Origin: a virus
Taxonomy: Duplodnaviria > Caudoviricetes
Direction: 5' to 3' (one strand)
IMG/VR virus record: IMGVR_UViG_2645727545_000002
Location: 64,001-128,000 of that record
Length of the DNA stretch: 64,000 bases
Positions 19,345-29,305 of the stretch are shown in pieces. How positions within the stretch are numbered: the first letter of the stretch is position 1; the number at the start of each line of letters is the position of its first letter. The translations under genes were made by a program, and so were the position numbers. A model generated the notes under the pieces. The model saw nothing but the letters and a program-made list of their open reading frames with translations, was not told the origin of the DNA and ran no database searches.

Positions 19345-20322
19345 TTGCTTATTTGATTATTCGCTGTTTTTATTCTCATCTATGCAAGCCATGTGTGAAA
19401 ATGTTATGCCTTGCATAGTCAAAATAAAAATGAGAGTTGCGCTTTCATCGGGTTAGTTGGCGCTCCCACTGCTCCGGCTCTCTCGTTCCGGCTTATTTGT
19501 TTTCAGTACTCTTTATAATACTTTAGGAAGTTACCGGCTTTTTAACACTCCTTAAAGTGAACCGGTTTCGCTCATTATGTTCGCTCCCTGCCTGCATTTT
19601 CTACCCCGTTCTACGTAGGCTGACGGCTTTTAACTTTTTCGGCTGTTCTCATACCGTGTATAATCTGTTTTAAAAAGGAGATATACAAGCTCCTTAATGT
19701 CAGCACAACTATGAGGCATTGCTGATCTTGAGCCTTTCGGAAGTGTTAGCCGTTCCGATGCTTTTGCAATTCCTAGTTATTTTTATGTGTACTCCTTGCA
19801 ACCGTCACATATCTTTCGCATTGTTTTACTTCCTGGAAAATCTTAATATGGAAGTATTTCACTTGTAAGGACTTACTCGTGTCGTGCCTATACAAGATTT
19901 TGCTTTTTGTAATATTATTTTTTAAATAGTTGACTTATGCAAAATCATGTTCGCTTGTCAATCTTATATGCGTTTGAGTGTCTACATTTTTCAGAACCGC
20001 CTAACCTGTGGACACTACAATAATTGTAGCGGTTATATTTTTCATATAACAGATTCAAGGTACGTTTCATTTCGCTTCACTCTTTCCCTTATAAGATAGA
20101 GAAATCACCTTATACCTACATTTCGCATAATTATTTTACTGTTAGCAATACAAACTATTTTCGTATCGGTTTTAAGTTTAGGATTTTGTAATTGACTTTT
20201 ACCAAAGAAATGACTATAATAGAATATGTCAATAACACATAGAGTTATTTGTACATTAAAGAGGTTGATGAACTTTGGTCGGTTAGCAACCTCTTTTTTG
20301 TTTAACTCGTTTCCCTTAACTT
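19345..20322 (-). ncRNA. ~1-kb structured leader or large ncRNA (unidentified)
   Basis: No ORF of 60 aa or more; over 10 hairpins on a purine-rich strand; boxA-like GTACCTTGAA; sigmaA promoter at its 5' end. Confidence 0.6.
20192..20299 (+). ncRNA. Small antisense RNA (~75 nt) with its own promoter and terminator
   Basis: TTGACT-17-TATAAT (20192-20220), then AAAGAGGTTG...ACTTTGGTCGG...CAACCTCTTTTTT. Confidence 0.65.
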
Positions 20323-20328
20323 GATTAT

Positions 20329-20357
20329 ATCTTACTACATTTTTATGTAGTTGTCAA
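20329..20357 (-). promoter_or_regulatory. Leftward sigmaA promoter with a palindromic operator in the spacer
   Basis: TTGACA-17-TAAGAT; ACTACAT-N4-ATGTAGT. Confidence 0.75.
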
Positions 20358-20381
20358 TATATTTTTTAAAGTTTTTTATTT

Positions 20382-20597
20382 TTATTTTGTAGTTTTATCA
20401 TCTGGAATATACTCTAATATATCTCCGGGTTGACAATTTAAAACTTTACATATTGAATCAATCGTTGTAAGGTTTACTGGTCTATTTTTTGAAATACTTG
20501 CCATAGTGACAGGACTACACCCAATCGCATTTTGCAGATCAATTTTTTTCATGCCCTTACGATTGAGCATATCAATTAATTTATAATATGCTATCAC
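20382..20597 (-). CDS. Cro/C1-type HTH_26 regulator
   Basis: VNLTTIDSICKVLNCQPGDILEY. Confidence 0.85.
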   Translation of the reverse strand: MIAYYKLIDMLNRKGMKKIDLQNAIGCSPVTMASISKNRPVNLTTIDSICKVLNCQPGDILEYIPDDKTTK

Positions 20598-20867
20598 GTT
20601 TTAACCTCCTATTATATAATAAAGTAATTATACCAAAAATACTCCGGCATTGCCATACTCTATTATAGCCACATCTTCAGTTGTCAAAGTACAAAAGTTT
20701 GGGGATCACTCAGTCAGATTTGACTTTGTTTTTCAGATATGCTACACTTTAGTTGACTGATTTATGTATTGTGCAGTGTATCTGTACACCCTATACAAGT
20801 TTTACGGCTGGTATCTTGTTTACAATCTCATTTGTTATCTGTATGCCTGTCGTTTAACTTGTATTTA

Positions 20868-20909
20868 TAATAGCATAGGTTTAACCTATAGTCAATAGGT
20901 AAAACCTGT
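20868..20909 (-). promoter_or_regulatory. Second leftward promoter with operators
   Basis: TTGACT-17-TATTAT; ATAGGTTAAACCTAT palindrome in the spacer and a related TAGGTAAAACCTG next to it. Confidence 0.65.
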
Positions 20910-20983
20910 TTTATTGTTTTAATTTAGTATAATATTATTTTATTAATTATTGTTATGTGTTTTTTGAAAGAAAGTGGGATATT

Positions 20984-21160
20984 ATGTCATATAATGCAAA
21001 AGCTGACGAAAATTATAGAAAAAAGTGTAAAACAATCGGACTCAAATTTACTTTGAATGAATTAGATTTTTATGAAAATATTGTTAAACATTGTGAAAAT
21101 AACAATTTATCTCTACAGGGATATATAAAAAATCTAATACGCAAAGATTTAGACAAGTAA
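20984..21160 (+). CDS. Small ribbon-helix-helix-like regulator
   Basis: NYRKKCKTIGLKF...LSLQGYIKNLIRKDL. Confidence 0.6.
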   Translation: MSYNAKADENYRKKCKTIGLKFTLNELDFYENIVKHCENNNLSLQGYIKNLIRKDLDK

Positions 21161-21220
21161 GAAAATACTGCTATTGCTTCATATTTTAAAAATAAAAGAT
21201 TTAGATAAAGAGGTATTACA

Positions 21221-21487
21221 ATGAATAAACATGATTTTTATACAATTATTACATCTATTTTAAGTGCAAAAAATTTAACTTTTGCCGATCTGGCAAAATA
21301 TTTAGAAATAAGTGAATTGAGTTTAGCAAGAAATATAACTAAAAACAAAACAATTAATATTGACTTATTGTTAAAAATATTTGATTTTTTAGATATATCT
21401 TTTGTGGATAATAAAACTGGTAATATAATTACGCTCAAAACCAATGAAGATATTTTATCAGACGCACTAAATGATATTAACTCGTAA
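21221..21487 (+). CDS. XRE-family HTH protein
   Basis: LTFADLAKYLEISELSLAR...LLKIFDFLD. Confidence 0.7.
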   Translation: MNKHDFYTIITSILSAKNLTFADLAKYLEISELSLARNITKNKTINIDLLLKIFDFLDISFVDNKTGNIITLKTNEDILSDALNDINS

Positions 21488-21682
21488 CAAAACAATAATT
21501 TACATATAAAATAAGAAGCAATAGTGTATTGTATAAAGTGTTAAAATCTTTTTTATATGTATTATTATGCTATGACCCTTTAGACGGCAACGCATTACTA
21601 CTATTATATAGATAGTATGTGCTAATTTGATTTTATTGTGATATAATTATTTATATAATGATAGTAAAGGAATAATATAATA

Positions 21683-21886
21683 ATGTTTTTATATAAAATA
21701 GATATATTAGATACACTCAAAGAAAAAGGATACAATACAAATAGGTTGAGAAAAGAAAAGCTACTAGGAGAAAACGCAATACAATCAATACGGAATAATA
21801 AAATAGTCGGAATGAGTGCGCTTGAAAAGATATGCAGTTTATTAGACTGTCAGCCAGGTGATTTGATTGAGTATATAAAAGAATAG
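21683..21886 (+). CDS. Cro/C1-type HTH_26 regulator
   Basis: LEKICSLLDCQPGDLIEY. Confidence 0.85.
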   Translation: MFLYKIDILDTLKEKGYNTNRLRKEKLLGENAIQSIRNNKIVGMSALEKICSLLDCQPGDLIEYIKE

Positions 21887-21887
21887 A

Positions 21888-21944
21888 ATTACATTACTAA
21901 TAATGTAATTTGCATTGACTTTACATTATTAGTAATGTAATATG
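21888..21944 (+). promoter_or_regulatory. Rightward promoter with two palindromic operators
   Basis: ATTACATTACTAATAATGTAAT and TTACATTATTAGTAATGTAA; TTGACT-17-TAATAT. Confidence 0.7.
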
Positions 21945-21987
21945 ATTGTAGTTAGTAAATGTCTCATATATTATTAAGAAAGGATGA

Positions 21988-22308
21988 TTGTACTTGATTG
22001 ACATTGAAGTATTGCAGAAATTAAATGTACCTAATAGGATAGTATTGACAAAACATGCAAAGGAAAGGTTGATAGAAAGAAATATCGCTATCACGGATAT
22101 TATAAACGGCATTAAGACTGGCGAAATTATAAAACAATATGAAGATGATAAACCTTTACCTAGCTGTTTGATACTAGGATTTTCGGTAAATAATAAATAT
22201 ATTCATATTGTAGTTAGTCACGATAGTGATTATATTTATTTGATAACAGCATACTACCCTAACACAGATCAGTGGGAAATGGATTTCAAAACAAGAAAGA
22301 AGGTTTGA
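21988..22308 (+). CDS. DUF4258 (RelE-like) putative toxin
   Basis: TKHAKERL...YEDDKPLPSCLILG...IHIVV...ITAYYP. Confidence 0.85.
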   Translation: MYLIDIEVLQKLNVPNRIVLTKHAKERLIERNIAITDIINGIKTGEIIKQYEDDKPLPSCLILGFSVNNKYIHIVVSHDSDYIYLITAYYPNTDQWEMDFKTRKKV

Positions 22309-22312
22309 TAAT

Positions 22313-22549
22313 ATGTTATGTATTGAATGTGGCGCAGTTACTGAAAAGGGATATACAACGGACGTTACGGACTTAGGAAACTGCCTTGTTATTATTCGGA
22401 ATGTACCATGCTATAAATGTACAGAGTGTAATGAGATTATTTATACTGGAGACGTTGTACAAGAGATAGAAAAAATTGTTAATACGGCCAAACAATGTTT
22501 TCAGGAAGTATCTATCATTGATTATAATAATTACAAACAAGTTGCATAA
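22313..22549 (+). CDS. YgiT-type zinc finger (MqsA-like) putative antitoxin
   Basis: CIECG...VIIRNVPCYKCTECNE. Confidence 0.85.
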   Translation: MLCIECGAVTEKGYTTDVTDLGNCLVIIRNVPCYKCTECNEIIYTGDVVQEIEKIVNTAKQCFQEVSIIDYNNYKQVA

Positions 22550-22554
22550 ATATG

Positions 22555-22587
22555 ATAGCGATACTGTTATGGTGTCGCTATTTTTTG
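22555..22587 (+). terminator. Intrinsic terminator
   Basis: ATAGCGATAC...GTGTCGCTAT followed by a T run. Confidence 0.7.
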
Positions 22588-22815
22588 TATGTTATCGTGT
22601 CAGTGTGTATGTTAGTGTATATTAACTTGTGTTATGACTGTATAGTTATAGTATGTTATATGATACACATGTAATACTTGTGTAATAATAGTGAGTATAG
22701 TTGTGTGTTTGTGTGGACTGCATCACGTTGTTGTGTAGGATGTTTAGGTAAACTAAACTAGGAATTATTACTTTTATTAGTGTAGTATTGTTTTGTGTAT
22801 TGTTTTGATGTATAT

Positions 22816-23050
22816 TTATACACAAATTATTGCATAGTTATACACATGATGTGGATAAGTTTAATTTTAAAAAATGGTATAAAAGTGGTGATGTGGTACT
22901 CATTTGTAGGTTATTTTGGATTGCAAGTGGGGAATATGTGTTGGTTTTGGTTTGATTTTGTGTGTCTAGTGGGAAATTTTGTTTTGAGGTAAGTTTTAAG
23001 GCAAAAAGTTATCCACATATTATTTTGAGTTATCCACATTATGTGGATAA
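22816..23050. promoter_or_regulatory. Cluster of six DnaA boxes
   Basis: TTATACACA at 22816 and 22838; TTATCCACA at 23009 and 23030; reverse TGTGGATAA at 22850 and 23042. Confidence 0.75.
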
Positions 23051-23849
23051 GTTTTTTATTATTAAAAATTTTCACCAAAAATCCGAACTTGTCCAGAAAT
23101 CCATGAATTTGAGTCTAAAATCCCACCTGATGCAATGTTTCATTGCTACGTAAAAGACACACACAAAAATCAACAGATTGTCCATAAAATCTCTATATAC
23201 CGCCCCCTGTTTTCAGATCTTTACAATCAAAACTTTTGCACTTTTCATCAATGTGCCAAAAGTCCCTAAAGCAACATAATAGTGTAGTATTATGCCATTC
23301 CATAATAGGGGCGGTATTAAACATTTTTGACGTATGTTATGCATCAAATATAGCAGGTATGGGTTCTATCCACACCTCACTACCAAAATTTCGACCTCCG
23401 ATTTCCACACCAAAATTTTCATCTCCCACTTCAAAAAAACTCAAAAATTACCAAAAAATACTTCGGTAACTCTCTCGACTAACAAGGCATAAACACTGCA
23501 TTTCTACCATTCTAAACAGTCCAAAAATAACCAAAATCCACCACAATATCCATTCAAACCCCAAACAAACTCTTGCCGTTACTGCATTTTCCCGAACTCA
23601 ACTTATATTCCAAAAAATTACATATAAAACACACTATCAAAATCCAGAAAACCACGTCGCCTTATCCCTCAGTGTACCCACATAAATACTGGCATCCCCC
23701 GGTATAAAAACATTACACAAAATTACCTCTCTACCGAAGTGCCATATTTTCAAAATTACTGACACAAAAAATAAGCAGCCAATTCCTAAGATAAGTCCTT
23801 AAAAACCAACTGCTATTATTCATAATCACCCTATAATCATCCAATACCT

Positions 23850-24278
23850 TCAATAATATTTATTAAATATATCCCCATCTATATCACTAATATCATGAAC
23901 CGGTACCTCAGTTCCATTTTCAAATATTACAACATTTCTGTATTCGTGTACCTTCTTCACTCTCCCACTCATTGTAATATACTTTCCACCATCTTTCTTT
24001 AAATCTTTTTCAAAATATGTGATTCTAACATCCGGATCAACATCGCCGTCATCTAAACATTTTCTTAAAATACTCACTCTCTCATTCAGTCTATTCAAAA
24101 CATCCTCATCAAATTCAATCCTTTTATCTGTTAATCTTGCAGTCTCTTTAATTTCTGCATCATAACCTGTCAATGCAGCAAATGGAGAAAATTGAGCAGC
24201 TCTATCTCGCATACTCATTTGAGGATATTTTTTAGAGACAAAATGTGGCAAATCAATAATATCATCGTATTTACCCAT
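23850..24278 (-). CDS. YolD-like protein (Y-family polymerase partner)
   Basis: YDDIIDLPH...MSMRDRAAQFSPFAAL. Confidence 0.85.
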   Translation of the reverse strand: MGKYDDIIDLPHFVSKKYPQMSMRDRAAQFSPFAALTGYDAEIKETARLTDKRIEFDEDVLNRLNERVSILRKCLDDGDVDPDVRITYFEKDLKKDGGKYITMSGRVKKVHEYRNVVIFENGTEVPVHDISDIDGDIFNKYY

Positions 24279-24287
24279 AACACACTC

Positions 24288-25818
24288 CTATGCTTTATGC
24301 CCACCAATTTGATTATTCCTATCTATTGCAGTAGCTCCTTCCTGTAAGCTCATACCTTTTAAAATTGCATTCTTCCCAAATTTTTTTCTTTATGTCTAAA
24401 ACAGCTTTTTGTATATCTTTTTCTTTCTGAAGTTTCTCCTGGTCAACTTTCTTTTCATCAGATTCAATCATATCAAACAAATTGATCTGTTCATATCTAT
24501 CTTGCTTTGCCTCCTTTTCATTGATCACATGATTTGCTGACATATTAATTCTTCTAACAAGTAAATCTTCATCCACAATTCTATTAAATAAATCAAGCAC
24601 TGCTCTTACAATCACATTAGTAGACGATGTATAGCTGTCTAAGTTTATTGTACCATGTGCATGTTTTGGAATTTTTCTTCCGTATTGATCAATAGAATAC
24701 TCCCCTTTATAATTTCTCATCCTCACAGGATCCATTAAATTTTCTCTATCATACCCTACTGTCAATACAATCTGATCTGTTACAAGATTTTTGCTCACCA
24801 AATCTAAAACCAACATTTCCGTCATTTCACGCACAATAATTTTCGTTTTATCAAAATCGGTTCCACAGTGTAGAATTTGTCCACTTCCTATGCTATTATT
24901 GTCTGGTTTATAGTTCTTAATATCTGTAATTGTAACAGGCTCCCATCCCCAAGCATGATCAATCAAAAGTTCTGTATTCTTGCCAAACATTCTACGCAGC
25001 AAACCTTCATTATAATAATCCTCCTCTTTTCCAAGAGAACATCTTGCAATATCTCCCATTGTATATAACCCAACAGATTCCAACTTTTTTGTATATCCTC
25101 TTCCAATACGCCAAAAATCTGTCAATGGTTTGTGCTCCCACAATTGTTTTCTGTAAGATATTTCGTCCAGTTCTGCAATTCTTACACCGTGTTCATCAGC
25201 AGGAATATGCTTTGCTACAACATCCATTGCAATCTTAGCCAAATACAAATTCGTTCCAATACCTGCGGTCGCTGTAATTCCTGTTTCATGCAGCACATCC
25301 AGTATAATTTTCTGTACCAATTCTTTTGCAGATAACCCATACGTATTTAAATAAGAAGTTGCATCTATAAACACTTCATCAATAGAATATACATGGATAT
25401 CTTCTGGAGCAATATATTTTAAATAAACATTATAGATTCTGGTACTGTATTCCATGTAAAACGACATTCTAGGAGGAGCTACAATATAATCAAGTTTTAG
25501 ATTTAAATCATCATCCAATTCTTTCTTATTATAGGAGAAATCAGAGAATTCACGCTTTCTTAAGTTATACAATCTTGTAGCATTGATTTCTCTTACACGT
25601 TGCACAACTTCAAATAGTCTTGGTCTTCCGGATACACCATATGATTTTAAAGACGGAGTTACTGCAAGACAAATTGTTTTCTCTGTTCTGCTATTATCAG
25701 CAACAACTAGATTTGTTGTCAATGGATCAAGTCCACGTTCTATACACTCTACTGATGCATAAAAGCTTTTCAAATCAATTGCAATATATGTCCTATTCAC
25801 GACAATAACTCCTTCCAT
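24288..25818 (-). CDS. Y-family DNA polymerase (DinB/UmuC-like); 3' frameshift
   Basis: IAIDLKSFYASVEC and YSIDEVFID motifs; C-terminus IGGHKA in the shifted frame. Confidence 0.92.
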
Positions 25819-26128
25819 TTTTCTTTCTTAATATTTATGATACCAGAAAGCTATAAATTTATCCACAACAAAATCGAAGTATGTTCAGTATTGTTATAAA
25901 ACGTTTTCAATGGTAAATTTCGATTTTATGTTGTTACTCTATAAAGTGTCCACATTATTATACAAAATTGATTTTATATATTAAAAACATGTTTTTACTC
26001 AACAGATTACATATATAAAATTTTCTTGCCTATGTGGAACGCATGAGTGAATAAGTATATGCACCTAGAAAACAGCAAATTATTCAGTTATAATAGACGA
26101 TATAAAATATTATGACTGGAGGAATACG

Positions 26129-26866
26129 ATGGAGGAATTATACGATTTTATGGTTTGGGGAGATTATGATGCTAAAATAGAATATTTAGCAAATATGACA
26201 GATGAAAACTGGAATTTTCATGGAAAAACAAATAACCTTATTTTGAAAAATTACTTAAAGTATACCACAAAAAAATTAGAAGAAGAAAATAAGATTATGA
26301 CAACAGACAACCACTGTATTATCAACACAGGATTATTTACACCATATTATGAGCCGATATATATTTATGCTGAAAAAAATTTGTCTGATAGTAAACAAGA
26401 TTGGTGGTTTAAATCATTTTCCACATCTTATGATTTAGGAAATCTTGGTATCACAGAATTACCGGAAAGAGCAAATTACTTTCAGGATCCGTCACAACTT
26501 GTATTTGATGTAAACTGTAAAATTAACGTGCAGTTTAAGCACATTTATGATGATGAAGATAATAGAAACAGAATTCCGAAAGAAATCGTTAATAGCAAAA
26601 ATATTCATTCTATATTTAAAGGTGCTATTGATACAATGGTGAAGAAAGTAACAGCAAACTATAAAATAGCGGTTCCACAATACTTTAACGGCAAAATACA
26701 ATTACTTCTTCCTCTATGTTTAGTAGATGAATCCATTCCTGATTTGGCTCTTGTTGTTACAAAAGTCAATAATGTATATCAAGGTCATACCTGTCTTACG
26801 ATGGAAATGGCTTACAACAATGCTAGACTGATTGCAAAACCAGAAAGTAACTGGTTAGTTCCTTAA
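26129..26866 (+). CDS. DUF3825 domain protein
   Basis: INTGLFT, NYKIAVPQYF..IQLLLPL and MAYNNARLI..PES.WL. Confidence 0.8.
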   Translation: MEELYDFMVWGDYDAKIEYLANMTDENWNFHGKTNNLILKNYLKYTTKKLEEENKIMTTDNHCIINTGLFTPYYEPIYIYAEKNLSDSKQDWWFKSFSTSYDLGNLGITELPERANYFQDPSQLVFDVNCKINVQFKHIYDDEDNRNRIPKEIVNSKNIHSIFKGAIDTMVKKVTANYKIAVPQYFNGKIQLLLPLCLVDESIPDLALVVTKVNNVYQGHTCLTMEMAYNNARLIAKPESNWLVP

Positions 26867-26986
26867 ACAAAAAAAGAGAAAGCGGCTGATTTCACGAAGG
26901 GGAGTGAAAACCAAACTGCTTTCTCTTAAGCAACTATGTATTTATAATATCAGATGTTTCGACAAATAACAAGCATTTTCTACAAA

Positions 26987-27501
26987 TTAAAATTCGATGC
27001 TACATTTTAATCTTATTGAAAAATCAATATCAAACACTTTTCTTTCAAGAATAATCCCCTCTAATGGATCAAATTCAATTTTATGTGTCGAATCTTCAAA
27101 CACACCAACTACTTCTGCTTTAATATTTTCTTTTTTAGACAACTGGTTGAGTGTATCCATATATCCATAATAATAATCCTGATCGTATATATTATAATAT
27201 ACTCTCACACGATAATCACCTTGTCGATTAAAAATTCCAACATTCTCCCTATATTCGTATTTCTTATATTTTCCAAATAAATAACTAGATGGATATAAAT
27301 CGTCAGCATAAAATTTCATATATCTTTTTCCGCATATTGTTTCGTAATCTCCATTTTTAGCCTTTTCTCTGATCACATTTTTAATATGATCTATTGTGCT
27401 TATCGCCCATTTCTTTCCATCATTATATGATTCTATCTTCTTTTCTGCAGCAGCTTCTTCCGGTGTTTTTGATATTTCATTCAATTCATCTAAAAACTCA
27501 T
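26987..27501 (-). CDS. Hypothetical protein
   Basis: 165-aa ORF; AGGAG SD with ATG near 27501. Confidence 0.6.
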
Positions 27502-27687
27502 AGCGCTACTCTCCTACTTCTTTTGATATTTACATAATAACACAACAGTGTAAGTTTTCACAGATATTTTTATATTGATAAGAGAATAAATGTATGAAAT
27601 AAAGAAGCCGTTAAAATATTTTAATAAAAGGAGAAATGATATGAAGAAATTATAAAAAATTTTTTCTATTTCAATTTAAATTGTATC

Positions 27688-28138
27688 TTTGCGTCAGCAA
27701 AGACTTTGCGAAGCAAAGTGAAACGGAGACACGAAGAAAGGGTCGCTTGCGGCTCTTTCTGAAGTGGATCCAATATTACCTAGATCTCTCTATATATAAG
27801 TAATTACAAATTTATATAAAAATTATTTATAAAGAGAGAATTATTAACTGGGGGAAAGAAGACCAAATTCATAAGTCTTACTACGCAGCTTGTTCGCCAA
27901 GGCTCACAACCAGCTAGTGCGACTAAATGAATTATGATCTTTTTTGCATTTCCCCCAGACCCCCTTTGCGTACTATTTTATGGATAAAAGAGATAATTTT
28001 TTTCAACTAAAATCCTTGTAAACCCTTATAAACACTGGGTTTGTGACGAAAAACATCATTCAAAGTCTCCCTATATTATATATATATTAGGGAGAAATGG
28101 AATGATGCGAAAACTCTGTAAACCTTATAAACACTGGG
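27688..28138. other. Palindrome-rich non-coding block (candidate replication origin or control region)
   Basis: CTTTGCG..GCAAAG tandem palindromes; 110-nt hairpin 27848-27958; palindrome 28054-28107 flanked by two AAACC(C)TTATAAACACTGGG copies. Confidence 0.5.
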
Positions 28139-28195
28139 GAAATTGACATTTTAGGTGTGCAAAAAATGAAAAAAACTAATTTAAGGAGAAAACAC

Positions 28196-29301
28196 ATGAA
28201 CAAATTAAAATATCAAAAAAGGAAAAATTACAGAAAAAAAGTTAGTAGATTTATACGGAAGTGATGCACAAAAAAAATCTTATAAAGAATATGGTAGATT
28301 CATTGGTAACTATAAAAAGACTTTACTTACAAAAATGTCTCGATATTGTAACATTGAAGATTTAGGTGGTAGAACATATAGAATCACAAAAGTATACGAC
28401 TATCCTCTTCCATCAAATTTCAATAAGATGACAAAATCCTTGTATCAATATATTGTACCACTATTACTTACAAATCTGATTAATGGTCACGATGAGAATA
28501 ATAAAATTGATATTACAGTCGGTAAATGGGCTAGAGAAATAAATATGGTAAACAAAAATTACAACCTTGTTAAATACAACAAAGAAGACACTAGTAAAGA
28601 AACACAATGCTCTCTTGATACCATTAATGAATTTTATGACAAAGCAGATGACATGATTGAATGGTACATAACAAATGCACTTGATTATTTAAAATCTGCA
28701 GGATTAGTTATCTGGAGAGAAGTTTATAGAGTAAACGAAGAAATATCAAGCGGTAAAAATATTATTGATGAAAGCGGGAATATACACGTTGATATTTCTA
28801 TTGATAGTCATCAAGCATCTGAAGATGAAATGAACTACTACTCTCATTGTGTTTCAATTGCTGATAAAGCAGCAAAAATAGAAAATGCTGGAGAACGATA
28901 TTATAGCAAAAAATCAAAATTATTTGGAGAAGTATTAAAGAAAGAACTATATAAAAAGAAAAATCAAATGTGTTTTCAAAACATATGAAGCATATTATGT
29001 AGATCTTAATAAATGTAATTTTATATTAAAACAGTTTGGTAAATTCAAAATGAATAATTTAATAAGTGAATTTAATAAAGAGTTTACAGATTTATTGGTT
29101 GGAAATGCAGAAAAAAGGTTTGATAAAAATCCGGATAAATATTTTTCTTATGCGGAAAAGGATGACTACAGCTTATGTTTTCAAAATTTATGCGAAATAA
29201 CGATTGATAAAAATACAGAATATCTTGGAAACAGAATAAGAGAAAAAACAATTGACGATAATTATACCTTAAAAATCACATCATCAAAGAAAGGAAAATA
29301 G
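28196..29301 (+). CDS. Hypothetical protein (frameshifted), possible replication initiator
   Basis: AAGGAG SD with ATG 28196; fragments 28335-28988 and 29050-29301 join at poly-A runs; function inferred from position only. Confidence 0.55.
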
Positions 29302-29305
29302 ATAT

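Noticed and set aside
19440-19640. Group II intron domain V/VI in the long leader
   Set aside because: AGCCG segments exist, but there is no canonical ~34-nt domain V, no GUGYG start and no interrupted gene.
22795-23469. ORF-track ORFs in the skewed region
   Set aside because: Low-complexity products without SDs; artefacts of base composition.
25875-25887. SOS box upstream of the Y-family polymerase
   Set aside because: CGAAGTATGTTCA is one base short of GAAC-N4-GTTC. It is plausible with an indel but not supported as read.
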